Source of the DNA: the human T2T-CHM13v2.0 reference genome, Homo sapiens
Assembly (NCBI RefSeq): GCF_009914755.1
Contig: NC_060940.1
Direction: 5' to 3' (one strand)
DNA length: 64,000 bases
Of the stretch, positions 28,297 through 43,400 are shown piece after piece. Below the pieces are notes generated by a model. It searched no databases. It was not told the DNA's origin and saw only the letters and a program-made list of their open reading frames with translations. Position numbers and translations under genes: made by a program. Positions within the stretch are counted from its first letter, which is position 1; each line of letters begins with the position of its first letter.

Positions 28297-31200
28297 ATGA
28301 TTCCTTTATATTGCATTCGATTGTGATTCATTTCGTCTTCATTCTATGGTTCCACAGGTTTCCATTCGTGTCCATTCCATTATTCCATTCTATTCCATTT
28401 GATGATGATTCCTTTCGATTCCATTCATTGGTGATTCCACTCAATTCCATTCAATGATTCCATTCCATTTCTTTCAACAATGATTCCATTAGTTTCTAAT
28501 CGATGATCCACTTGATTCCATTTGACGACGATTCCATTCTTGTCCATTCGATGATTCCATTTGATTCCATATGATGATGATTCCATTCGATTCCATACGA
28601 TGATGATTCCATTCGAGTCCATTCAATGGTGATTCCATTCAATTCCATTCGATGATTCCTTTTGATTCCATTCGATGATGATGGCATTCGATTCCTTTCA
28701 ATCATTACCTTTGATTCCATTCAAAGGTGATTTCATTGAAGTCCATTCAATAATTGCATTCGATTCCATTCTATGATGATTCCATTCGAGTCCATTTGAT
28801 GATTCCATTCAATTCAAGTCAATGATGATTCCATTCGATTCCATTCGATGATTCCATTGGATTCCATTCGATGATGATTCCATTCAAATCCATTCGATAA
28901 TTCAATTCAAGTCCATTCGATGATGATTAAAATCGAATCCATTCAAAGATTCCATTCAGTTCCATTCGATGATTCCCTTAGATTCCATTCGATGATTCCA
29001 CTTGATTTCATTTACGATGATTCCATTCGATTCCATGTGATGATTCCATTCAATTCTATTCAATGCTGTTTCCATTTGATTCCATTCGACCATGATTGCC
29101 TTTGATTCCATTCAACGACTCCATTCGGTTCCTTTTGATGATGATTCCGTTCGATTCCATTTCATTATTCCATTTGATTCCATTGGATGAGTCCATTCGA
29201 TTACATTCGATGATTATTCCATTCGAGTGCATTAGATGATTCCATTCGAGTCCATTCGATGATTCCATTCGATTCCATTCGATGTTGATTCTGTTCAAAT
29301 CCATTCGATGATTCCACTCGATTCCATTCGAGGACTCCAGTTGATCCCATTCGATGATTTCCTTTGATTCCCTTTGATGATCATTCCATTTGATTCAATT
29401 CGGTGATTTCATTTCATTCCATTCAGTGATGTTTCCATTCGACTCCATTCGATGATGATTCCATTTGACTCCATTCGATTATGATTTCATTCAATTCCAT
29501 TCGATAATGATTCCCTTCGAGTCCATTCGATGATTCCATTCGATTCCATTCAACGATGATTTGATTCGTGTCCATTCGATGATTCCATTTGATTCCACTT
29601 GATGATGATTCCATTCGAGTCCATTTGATGATTCCATTCAATTCCATTCTCCGATGATTTCTTTTGAGCCCATTCAATGCTTCCACTCGATTCCATATGA
29701 TGATGACTCCATTCGATGAAATTCGATGATGATTCCACTTGAGTCCATTAGAAGATTCTATTCAATTACATTCCATGACGATTCCGTTCGAGTCCATTTG
29801 ATGATTCCATTAGACTCCATTCGACGATGATTCCATTCGATGTTATTCGATGATTCCATTCGATCTCATTCGATGATGATTCCATTCAACTCCATTCGAT
29901 GTTTCCATTCGAGTTCATTCTATTATTCCATTAGATTCCATTCGATGATGATTCCATTCGATTCCATTTGATGATTGCATTCTATTTCATTCGATGATGA
30001 TTCCATTCGAGTCCACTCGATGATTCCATTCGAATCCATTTAATGAATCCATTGGTTTCAATTCTATGATGATTACATTGGATTACATTCGTTGATGATT
30101 TCATTCGGTTCCATTCAATGATGATTCCATTCAATTCCTTTCAATGTTTCCATTCAATTCCATACGATGATGATTCCATTTGATTTGATTCGACAGTGAG
30201 CCATTCGATTCAATTCCATGATGATTCTATTTGATTCCATTGGTTGACATTTCCATTCGATTCCATTCGATGATGATTCCCTTTGATTCCATTCAAAGAT
30301 GATTCCATTCTAGCCCATTCAATCATTCCATTCGATTCTATTCAATGATGATTCCATTCATGTCGATTTGGTGATTCCATTTGACTTCATTTGATGATGA
30401 TTCCTTTCAAGTTCATTAGATGATTCCATTCGATTCCATTTGATGATGATCCCATTCGAGTCCATTCAGTGATTCCACTCGTTTCCATTCCATGATGATT
30501 CCATTCCATTCCATTCAATGATTCCATTCGATTCCGTTTGATGATGATTTCATTCGAGTCCATTTGATGATTCCATTTGATTCCATTCGATGATGATTCC
30601 ATTCGAGTCCATTCGATGATTCTATTCGAATCCATTTGATGATTTCTTTTGATTATAGTTGGTGATGATTCCATTGGAGTCCATTCAATGATTCCATTTG
30701 ATTCCAATCGATGGTGATTCCATTAGAGTCCATTTAATGATTCCATTTGATTCCAGTCTCTGATGATTACATTCCAGTCCATACGATGATTCCACTCAAT
30801 TCCATATGATGATGATTCCATTCGATGATTCCATTCTATTCTATTCAATGGTGATTCCATTCGAGTACATTAGATGATTCCATTCGATTCCATTCAATGA
30901 TGATTCTATTTGTGTCCCTTAGATGATTCCACATGATTCCATTAGATGATGATACTATTTGAGCCCATCCAATGATTCCCTTCGATTCCATTCGATGAGG
31001 ATTCCATTCGATTCAATTCATTGGTGATTCTATTCAATTCAATTCTTTGATTCCATTCCATTCCATTCGACAATGATTCCATTCGATTTCTTTCGATGAT
31101 TCCACTCGATTCCACTTGACATTGATTCCCTTCGATTCCATTCAATGATTCCATTTGATTCCAGTGGATGATGATTGCCATCGATTCCATTCGATCACTC

Positions 31201-34200
31201 CATTCTATTCCATTTGATGATGATTACATTCGATTCCATTTGACGATTCCATCTGATTCTATTCGAGGATTCCATTTGATTCCATTCGATGATGATTCCA
31301 TTCGAGTCCATTCGATGGTTTCATTCGAGTACATCCAATGATTCCATTCGAGTCCATTTGATGATTCCATTTGATTCCATTTGATAATGATTCTACTAGA
31401 GTCCATTCAATGACTCCATTGGAGTCCATTCAACAATTCCATTCGACTCCATTTGATGATTCCATTCAATTCCATTTGATGATTCCATTCGAGTCCATTT
31501 AATCATTACAGTCGAGTCCATTTGGTGATTCCACCGGATTTCTTTTGATAATGATACCATTCAATTACATTTGATGATGATCCCATTCAATTTCATTTGA
31601 TGATGATTCCATTAGAGTCCATTCGATGATTTCATTCGAGTCCCTTCACTGATTCCATCCGATTTCATTGGATGATGACTCCATTCGAGTCCATTCGATG
31701 ATTCCACTCGATTCCATTAGATGATTCCATTGGAGTCCATTTGATTGTTCCATTCGATTCCATTCGATTCCTTTCGAAGATTATTCCATTTGAGTCCATT
31801 CGATGATGATTCCATTCCATTCCATTCGATGATTCCGTTTGATTCCATTCGATGATTCCCTTCGATTCCTTTCTTTGATGATTCCATTCCATTCCATTCA
31901 ATGATTCCATTCGAATCTATTCCATGATGATTCCTTTCGATTCCATTCGCTGATGTTTCCGTTCAATTCCATTCGATGATGATTCCATTCGATTCCATTC
32001 ATTGAGGATTCCATTTGATTCCATTCAATGATGATTCCGTTCTATTCCATTCAATGATTGCATTCAATTCCATTCAATGATTATCCCCTTAGAGTAAACT
32101 CAACGATTCCATTCAATACCATTCGATGATGATTCCTTTTGAGTCCATTCAATGATTTCATTCAAGTCCATTTGATGATTCCTTTCAATTCCATTCTATG
32201 ATGATTCCATTCGAGTCCATTCGATGATTCCATTCGATTGCATTCGATTATTCCATTATATTCCAGTCAATGATGATTCCATTCGAGTCCATTCGATGAT
32301 TCCATTAGAGTACATTTAATGATTGCTTTGTTTTCAATTCGAAGATGATTACATTGGATTCCATTCTATGATACCATTCGATTCCATTCAATGATGATTC
32401 CACTCAAATCCATTGGATGATTCCATTCGTGTCCATTCGGTGATTTCATTAGATTCCATTCGAGGATGATTCCATTCGATTCCATTCGATGATTCCATTC
32501 AATTCCATTCGATGAAGATTCCATTCCAGTCCATATGATCATTCCATTTGATTTCATTCGATGATGATTCCATTCGATTCCATTCGATGATTCCATTCTA
32601 TTCCATTCGATGATGATTCCATTGGAGTCCATTCGATGATTGCATTCGAGTCCATTTAATGATTCCATTGGGTTCAATTCAATGATGATTACATTGGATT
32701 CCGTTCTATGATTCCATTCAATTCCGTTCATTGACAATTTGATTCCATTCGATGATGATTCCGTTTGAGTTCATTCGATGATTCTATTCGATTCTCTTCG
32801 ATGGTGATTCAATTCTATTATATTGGATGATTCCATTCGATTCCATTTGATGTTGATTCAATTCGATTCTATTCGATGATGATTCCATTGGATTTCACTT
32901 GATGATTCTATTCGATTCCATTCAATGATGATTCACTTCTCGTCCATTGGATGATTCCATTTCATTCCATTCGATGATGATTCCATTCGATTCCATTCGA
33001 TGATTCCATTTGATTCCATGCGACGGTGAGCAACTCGATTCAATTCCATGATGATTCTATTTGATTCAATTAGATGATGTTTCCATTCGAATCCATTCCA
33101 TGATTATTCCATTGGATTCCATTTGGCGATGATTCCACATGAGTCAATTCAATGATGATTCCATATGGGTCCGTTCGATGATAATTCCATTTGATTTCAT
33201 TCGATGCTTCTATTCAATTCCAGTCGATGATGATTGCGTTGGAGTCCATACGATGATTCCATTTGATTTCATTTGATGATGATTCCATTCGATGATGATT
33301 ACATTGGATTCCATTCTATGATTCCATTCAATTCCATTCGTTGATGATTCGATTCCATTCAATGATGATTCCATTTGAGTTCATTCGATGATTCTATTCG
33401 ATTCCGTTCGATGGTGATTCAATTCTCTTATATTGGATGATTCCACTCGATTCCATTTGATGATTATTCCATTGGAGTCCACTTAGTGAATCCTTTAGAT
33501 TCTACTGGAAGATGATTCCATTCGAGTCCATTCAATGATACCATTCAATTTCATTCGTTGATGCTTCCATTCAAGTGCATTCGATGATATCATTCGATTC
33601 CATTTGATGATAATTCCATTTGATTCCATGCGATGATTCTATTCGATTCCATTCAATGATAATTCCATTCAATTCAGTGATTCCTCTGAACTCCATTTGA
33701 TGATGATTCCATTCAATGATTCCATTCGATTCTATTCCAAAATGATTCTATTTGAATCCATTTGATGATGATTCCATTAGATTCCATTTGATGATTCCAT
33801 TCGATTCCATTTGACGATGATTCCATTCGATTCCATTTGATGATTCCATTCTATTCTATTCGATGATGATTCCATTCAATTCCATTTGATGATGATTGGA
33901 TTCGATTCCATTTGATGATTTCATTTGATTCCATTCATTAATGATTTCGATCAACTCCATTCGATGATTCCATTTGATTCCATTCGATAATGATTACATC
34001 CGAGTCCATTCGATGATTCCATTTGAGCCCGTTCGATAATTCCATTTGAGTCCAATCAATGATTCCATTCATTTCCATTCAATGATTCCATTCGAGTCCA
34101 TTTGATCATTCTGGTAGGGTCCGTTCGATGTTGATTCCATTGGAGTGCATTCGATGATTCCATTCGAGTCCATTTTATGATTTGATTCGAGTCCTTTCGA

Positions 34201-34372
34201 TGATTCCATTCGATTCCACTCGATGATGATTTCATTCGAGTCCATTCGACACTTCCAATCGATTCCATTTGATGTTTCCATTCGAGTCCAATTGATGATT
34301 CCATTCAATTCCATTCGATGATGATTCCGTACGATTCCATTCTGTGATGATTCCATGTGATTGCATTCAATG
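28297..34372 (+). repeat. Unit 5, 6,076 bp (26-bp and 10-bp deletions)
   Basis: Landmarks 28347 and 34423. ORF offsets versus unit 1 step 28296, 28270, 28260, with deletions near 29735 and 30820. Confidence 0.92.
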
Positions 34373-37300
34373 ATGATTCCTTTCGATTGCATTCGATTAT
34401 GATTCATTTCGTGTTCATTCTATGGTTCCACAGGTTTCCATTCGTGTCCATTCCATTATTCCATTCTATTCCATTTGATGATGATTCCATTCGATTCCAT
34501 TCATTGGTGATTCCACTCAATTCCATTCAATGATTCCATTCCATTTCTTTCAACAATGATTCCATTAGTATCTATTCGATGATCCACTTGATTCCATTTG
34601 GCGATGATTCCATTCGTGTCCATTCGATGATTCCATTTGATTCCATATGATGATGATTCCATTCTATTCCATACCATGATGATTCCATTCGAGTCCATTC
34701 AATGGTGATTCCATTCAATTCCATTCGATGATTCCTTTCGATTCCATTCGATGATGATGGCATTCGATTCCTTTCAATCATTCCCTTTGATTGCATTCAA
34801 AGGTGATTTCATTCAAGTCTATTCGATAATTGCATTCGATTCCATTCTATGATGATTCCATTCGAGTCCATTTGATGATTCCATTCAATTCAAGTCAATG
34901 ATGATTCCATTCGATTCCATTCGATGATTCCATTGGATTCCATTGGATGATGATTCCATTCAAATCCATTCGATAATTCAATTCAAGTCCATTCGATGAT
35001 GATTCCAATCGAATCCATTCAAAGATTCCATTCAGTTCCATTCGATGATTCCCTTAGATTCCATTCGATGATGCCACTTGATTCCATTTACGATGATTCC
35101 TTTTGATTCCATGTGATGATTCCATTCAATTCTATTCAATGATGTTTCCATTTGATTCCATTCGATCATGATTGCCTTTGATTCCATTCAATGATTCCAT
35201 TCGGTTCCTTTTGATGATGATTCCGTTCGATTCCATTTGATGATTCCATTTGATTCCATTGGATGAGTCCATTCGATTACATTCGATGATTATTCCACTC
35301 GAGTGCATTAGATGATTCCATTCGAGTCCATTCGATGTTGATTCTGTTCAAATCCATTCGATGATTCCACTCGATTCCATTCGATGACTCCATTTGATCC
35401 CATTCGATGATTTCCTGTGATTCCCTTTGATGATCATTCCATTTGATGCAATTCGGTTATTTCATTGGATTCCATTCAGTGAGGTTTCCATTCGACTCCA
35501 TTCGATGATGATTCCATTCGACTCCATTCGATTATGATTTCATTCAATTCCATTCGATAATGATTCCCTTCGAGTCCATTCGATGATTCCATTCGATTCC
35601 ATTCAACGATGATTTGATTCGTGTCCATTCGATGATTCCATTTGATTCCACTTGATGATGATTCCATTCGAGTCCATTTGATGATTCCATTCAATTCCAT
35701 TCTCCGATGATTTCTTTTGAGCCCACTCAATGCTTCCACTCGATTCCATATGATGATGACTCCATTCGATGAAATTCGATGATGATTCCATTCGCTTCCT
35801 TTCGATGATGATTCCACTTGAGTCCGTTAGAAGATTCTAATCAATTACATTCCATGACGATTCCGTTCGAGTCCATTTGATGATTCCATTAGACTCCATT
35901 CGACGATGATTCCATTCGATGTTATTCGATGATTCCATTCGATCTCATTCGATGATGATTCCATTCAACTCCATTCGATGTTTCCATTTGAGTTCATTCT
36001 ATTATTCCATTAGATTCCATTCGATGATGATTCCATTCGCTTCCATTTGATGATTGCATTCTATTTCAATAGATGATGATTCCATCCGAGTCCACTCAAT
36101 GATTCCATTCGAGTCCATTTAATGAATCCATTGGTTTCAATTCTATGATGATTACATTGGATTCCATTCGTTGATGATTTCATTCGATTCCATTCAATGA
36201 TGATTCCATTCAATTCCTTTCAATGTTTCCATTCAATTCCATACGATGATGATTCCATTTGATTTGATTCGACAGTGAGCCATTCGATTCAATTCCATGA
36301 TGATTCTATTTGATTCCATTGGTTGACATTTCCATTCGATTCCATTCGATGATGATTCCCTTTGATTCCATTCAAAGATGATTCCATTCTAGCCCATTCA
36401 ATCATTCCATTCGATTCTATTCAATGATGATTCCATTCATGTCGATTTGGTGATTCCATTTGACTTCATTTGATGATGATTCCTTTCAAGTTCATTAGAT
36501 GATTTCATTCGATTCCATTTGATGATGATCCCATTCGAGTCCATTCAGTGATTCCATTCGTTTCCATTCCATGATGATTCCATTCCATTGCATGCAATGA
36601 TTCCATTCGATTCCGTTTGATGATGATTTCATTCGAGTCCATTTGATGATTCCATTTGATATGGTTCGATGATGATTCCATTCGAGTCCATTCGATGATT
36701 CTATTCGAATCCATTTGATGATTTCTTTTGATTATAGTTGGTGATGATTCCATTGGAGTCCATTCAATGATTCCATTCGATTCCAATCGATGGTGATTCC
36801 ATTAGAGTCCATTTAATGATTCCATTTGATTCCAGTCTCTGATGATTACATTCGAGTCCATACGATGATTCCACTCAATTCCATATCATGATGATTCCAT
36901 TCGATTCCATTCGATGATTCCATTCTATTCTATTCAATGGTGATTCCATTCGAGTACATTAGATGATTCCATTCGATTCCATTCAATGATGATTCTATTT
37001 GTGTCCCTTAGATGATTCCACATGATTCCATTAGATGATGATACTATTTGAGCCCATCCAATGATTCCCTTCGATTCCATTCGATGAGGATTCCATTCGA
37101 TTCAATTCATTGGTGATTCTATTCAATTCAATTCTTTGATTCCATTCCATTCCATTAGACAATGATTCCATTCGATTTCTTTCGATGATTCCACTCGATT
37201 CCACTTGACATTGATTCCATTCGATTCCATTCAATGATTCCATTTGATTCCAGTGGATGATGATTGCCATGGATTCCGTTCGATCACTCCATTCTATTCC

Positions 37301-40300
37301 ATTTGATGATGATTACATTCGATTCCATTTGATGATTCCATCTGATTCTATTCGAGGATTCCATTTGATTCCATTCGATGATGATTCCATTCGAGTCCAT
37401 TCGATGATTTCATTCGAGTACATCCAATGATTCCATTCGAGTCCATTTGATGATTCCATTTGATTCTATTTGATTATGATTCTACTAGAGTCCATTCAAT
37501 GACTCCATTCGAGTCCATTCAACAATTCCATTCGACTCCATTCGATGATTCCATTCGATTGCATTTGAGGATTCCATTCGAGTCCATTTAATCATTACAG
37601 TCGAGTCCATTTGGTGATTCCACTGGATTTCTTTTGATAATGATACCATTCAATTACATTTGATGATGATCCCATTCAATTTCATTTGATGATGATTCCA
37701 TTAGAGTCCATTCGATGATTTCATTCGAGTCCCTTCATTGATTCCATCCGATTTCATTGGATGATGACTCCATTCGAGTCCCTTTTCCACTCGATTCCAT
37801 TAGATGATTCCATTGGAGTCCATTTGATTGTTCCATTTGATTCCATTCGATTCCTTTCGAAGATTATTCCATTTGAGTCCATTCGATGATGATTCCATTC
37901 CATTCCATTCGATGATTCCGTTTGATTCCATTCAATGATTCCCTTCGATTCCTTTCTTTGATGATTCCATTCCATTCCATTCAATGATTCCATTCGAATC
38001 TATTCCATGATGATTCCTTTCGATTCCATTCGCTGATGTTTCCGTTCAATTCCATTCGATGATGATTCCATTCGATTCCATTCATTGAGGATTCCATTTG
38101 ATTCCATTCAATGATGATTCCATTCTATTCCATTCAATGATTTCATTCAATTCCATTCAATGATTATCCCATTAGAGTAAACTCAATGATTCCATTCAAT
38201 ACCATTCGATGATGATTCCTTTTGAGTCCATTCAATGATTTCATTCAAGTCCATTTGATGATTCCTTTCAATTCCATTCTATGATGATTCCATTCGAGTC
38301 CATTCGATGGTTCCATTCGATTGCATTCGATGATTCCATTATATTCCATTCAACGACGATTCCATTCGAGTCCATTCGATGATTCCATTAGAGTACATTT
38401 AATGATTGCTTTGTTTTCAATTCGAAGATGATTACATTGGATTCCATTCTATGATACCATTCGATTCCATTCAATGATGATTCCACTCAAATCCATTGGA
38501 TGATTCCATTCGTGTCCATTCGGTGATTTCATTAAATTCCATTCGAGGATGATTCCATTCGATTCCATTCGATGATTCCATTCAATTCCATTCGACGATG
38601 ATTCCATTCGAGTCCATATGATCATTCCATTTGATTTCATTCGATGATGATTCCATTCGATTCCATTCGATGATTCCATTCTATTCCATTCGATGATGAT
38701 TCCATTCGAGTCCATTCGATGATTCCATTCGAGTCCATTTAATGATTCCATTGGGTTCAATTCAATGATGATTACATTGGATTCCGTTCTATGATTCCAT
38801 TCAATTCCGTTCATTGACAATTTGATTCCATTCGATGATGATTCCATTTGAGTTCATTCGATGACTCTATTCGATTCCCTTCGATGGTGATTCAATTCTA
38901 TTATATTGGATGATTTGATTCCATTCGATTCCATTTGATGTTGATTCAATTCGATTCTATTCGATGATGATTCCATTGGATTTCACTTGATGATTCTATT
39001 CGATTCCATTCAATGATGATTCACTTCTCGTCCATTGGATGATTCCATTTCATTCCATTCGATGATGATTCCATTCGATTCCATTTGATGATTCCATTTG
39101 ATTCCATTCGACGGTGAGCAATTCGATTCAATTCCATGATGATTCTGTTTGATTCAATTAGATGATGTTTCCATTCGAATCCATTCCATGATTATTCCAT
39201 TGGAATCCATTTGGCGATGATTCCATATGAGTCAATTCAATGATGATTCCATATGGGTCCGTTCGATGATAATTCCATTTGATTTCATTCGATGCTTCTA
39301 TTCTATTCCAGTCGATGATGATTCCGTTGGAGTCCATACGATGATTCCATTTGATTTCATTTGATGATGATTCCATTCGATGATGATTACATTGGATTCC
39401 ATTCTATGATTCCATTCATTTCCATTCGTTGATGATTCGATTCCATTCAATGATGATTCCATTTGAGTTCATTCGATGATTCTATTCGATTCCGTTTGAT
39501 GGTGATTCAATTCTATTATATTGGATGATTCCACTCGATTCCATTTGATGATTATTCCATTGGAGTCCACTTAGTGAATCCTTTAGATTCTACTCGAAGA
39601 TGATTCCATTCGAGTCCATTCGATGATACCATTCAATTCCATTCGTTGATGCTTCCATTCAAGTGCATTCGATGATATCATTCGATTCCATTTGATGATA
39701 ATTCCATTTGATTCCATGCGATGATTCTATTCGATTCCATTCAATGATAATTCCATTCAATTCAGTGATTCCTCTGGACTCCATTTGATGATGATTCCAT
39801 TCAATGATTCCATTCGATTCTATTCGAAAATGATTCCATTTGAATCCATTTGATGATGATTCCATTAGATTCCATTTAATGATTCCATTCTATTCTATTC
39901 GATGATGATTCCATTCGATTCCATTTGATGATGATTGGATTCGATTCCATTGGATGCTTTCATTTGATCCCATTCGTTAATGATTTCGATCAATTCCATT
40001 CGATGAATCCATTCGATTCCATTCGATAATGATTACATCCGAGTCCATTCGATGATTCCATTTGAGCCTGTTCGATAATTCCATTTGAGTCCAATCAATG
40101 ATTCCATTCATTTCCGTTCAATGATTCCATTCGAGTCCATTTGATCATTCCGGTAGGGTCCATTCGATGTTGATTCCATTGGAGTGCATTCGATGATTCC
40201 ACTCGAGTCCATTTTATGATTTGATTCGAGTCCTTTCGATGATTCCATTCGATTCCACTCGATGATGATTTCATTCGAGTCCATTCGACACTTCCAATCG

Positions 40301-40411
40301 ATTCCATTTGATGTTTCCATTCGAGTCCAATTGATGATTCCATTCAATTCCATTCGATGATGATTCCGTACGATTCCATTCTGTGATGATTCCATGTGAT
40401 TGCATTCAATG
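34373..40411 (+). repeat. Unit 6, 6,039 bp (-23, -6, +5, -49)
   Basis: ORF offsets versus unit 1 step 34372, 34349, 34343, 34348, 34299. Indels are visible near 35337, 37784, 38915 and 39880. Confidence 0.92.
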
Positions 40412-43400
40412 ATTATTCCTTTCGATTGCATTCGATTATGATTCATTGCGTGTTCATTCTATGGTTCCACAGGTTTCCATTCGTGTCCATTCCATTATTC
40501 CATTCTATTCCATTTGATGATGATTCCATTCGATTCCATTCATTGGTGATTCCACTCAATTCCATTCAATGATTCCATTCCATTTCTTTCAACAATGATT
40601 CCATTACTTTCTAATCGATGATCCACTTGATTCCATTTGACGACGATTCCATTCTTGTCCATTCGATTATTCCATTTGATTCCATATGATGATGATTCCA
40701 TTCGATTCCATACGATGATGATTCCATTCGAGTCCATTCAATGGTGATTCCATTCAATTGCATTCGATGATTCCTTTCGATTCCATTCGATGATGATGGC
40801 ATTCGATTCCTTTCAATCATTCCCTTTGATTCCATTCAAAGGTGATTTCATTCAAGTCCATTCGATAATTGCATTCGATTCCATTCTATGATGATTCCAT
40901 TCGAGTCCATTTGATGATTCCATTCAATTCAAGTCAATGATGATTCCATTCGATTCCATTCGATGATTCCATTGGATTCCATTCGATGATGATTCCATTC
41001 AAATCCATTCGATAATTCAATTCAATTCCATTCGATGATGATTCCAATCGAATCCATTCAAAGATTCCATTCAGTTCCATTCGATGATTCCCTTAGATTC
41101 CATTCGATGATTCCACTTGATTCCATTTACGATGATTCCATTCGATTCCATGTGATGATTCCATTCAATTCTATTCAATGATGTTTCCATTTGATTCCAT
41201 TCGACCATGATTGCCTTTGATTCCATTCAATGATTCCATTCGGTTCCTTTTGATGATGATTCCATTCGATTCCATTTGATGATTCCATTTGATTCCATTG
41301 GATGAGTCCATTCGATTACATTCGATGATTATTCCATTCGAGTGCATTAGATGATTCCATTCGAGTCCATTCGATGATTCCATTCGATTCCATTCGATGT
41401 TGATTCTGTTCAAATCCATTCGATGATTCCACTCGATTCCATTCGATGACTCCATTTGATCCCATTCGATGATTTCCTTTGAGTCCCTTTGATGATCATT
41501 CCGTTTGATTCAATTCGGTGATTTCATTTGATTCCATTCAGTGATGTTTCCATTCGACTCCATTCGATGATGATTCCATTCGACTCCATTCGATTATGAT
41601 TTCATTCAATTCCATTCGATAATGACTCCCTTCGCGTCCATTCGATGATTCCATTCGATTCCATTCAACGATGATTTGATTCGTGTCCATTCGATGATTC
41701 CATTTGATTCCACTTGTTGATGATTCCATTCGAGTCCATTTGATGATTCCATTCAATTTCATTCTCCGATGATTTCTTTTGAGCCCACTCAATGCTTCCA
41801 CTCGATTCCATATGATGATGACTCCATTCGATGAAATTCGATGATGATTCCATTCGCTTGCTTTCAATGATGATTCCACTTGAGTCCGTTAGAAGATTCT
41901 ATTCAATTACATTCCATGACGATTCCGTTCGAGTCCATTTGATGATTCCATTAGACTCCATTCGACGATGATTCCATTCGATGTTATTCGATGATTCCAT
42001 TCGATCTCATTCGATGATGATTCCATTCAACTCCATTCGATGTTTCCATTCGAGTTCATTCTATTATTCCATTAGATTCCATTCGATGATGATTCCATTC
42101 GATTCCATTTGATGATTGCATTCTATTTCATTTGATGATGATTCCATTCGAGTCCACTCGATGATTCCATTCGAGTCCATTTAATGAATCCATTGGTTTC
42201 AATTCTATGATGATTACATTGGATTTCATTCGTTGATGATTTCATTCGGTTCCATTCAATGATGATTCCATTCAATTCCTTTCAATGTTTCCATTCAATT
42301 CCATACGATGATGATTCCATTTGATTTGATTCGACAGTGAGCCATTCGATTCAATTCCATGATGATTCTATTTGATTCAATTGGTTGACATTTCCATTCG
42401 ATTCCATTCGATGATGATTCCCTTTGATTCCATTCAAAGATGATTCCATTCTAGCCCATTCAATCATTCCATTCGATTCTATTCAATGATGATTCCATTC
42501 ATGTCGATTTGGTGATTCCACTTGACTTCATTTGATGATGATTCCTTTCAAGTTCATTAGATGATTCCATTCGATTCCATTTGATGATGATCCCATTCGA
42601 GTCCATTCAGTGATTCCATTCGTTTCCATTCCATGATGATTCCATTCCATTCCATTCAATGATTCCATTCGATTCCGTTTGATGATGATTTCATTCGAGT
42701 CCATTTAATGATTCCATTTGATTCCATTCGATGATGATTCCATTCGAGTCCATTCGATGATTCTATTCGAATCCATTTGATGATTTCTTTTGATTATAGT
42801 TGGTGATGATTCCATTGGAGTCCATTCAATGATTCCATTCGATTCCAATCGATGATGATTCCATTAGAGTCCATTTAATGTTTCCATTTGATTCCAGTCT
42901 CTGATGATTACATTCGAGTCCATACGATGATTCCACTCAATTCCATATGATGATGATTCCATTTGATTCCATTCGGTGATTCCATTCTATTCTATTCAAT
43001 GGTGATTCCATTCGAGTACATTAGATGATTCCATTCGATTCCATTCAATGATGATTCTATTTGTGTCCCTTAGATGATTCCACATGATTCCATTAGATGA
43101 TGATACTATTTGAGCCCATCCAATGATTCCCTTCGATTCCATTCGATGAGGATTCCATTCGATTCAATTCATTGGTGATTCTATTCAATTCAATTCTTTG
43201 ATTCCATTCCATTCCACTCGACAATGATTCCATTCGATTTCTTTCGATGATTCCACTCGATTCCACTTGACATTGATTCCATTCGATTCCATTCAATGAT
43301 TCCATTTGATTCCAGTGGATGATGATTGCCATCGATTCCATTCGATCACTCCATTCTATTCCATTTGATGATGATTACATTCGATTCCATTTGATGATTC

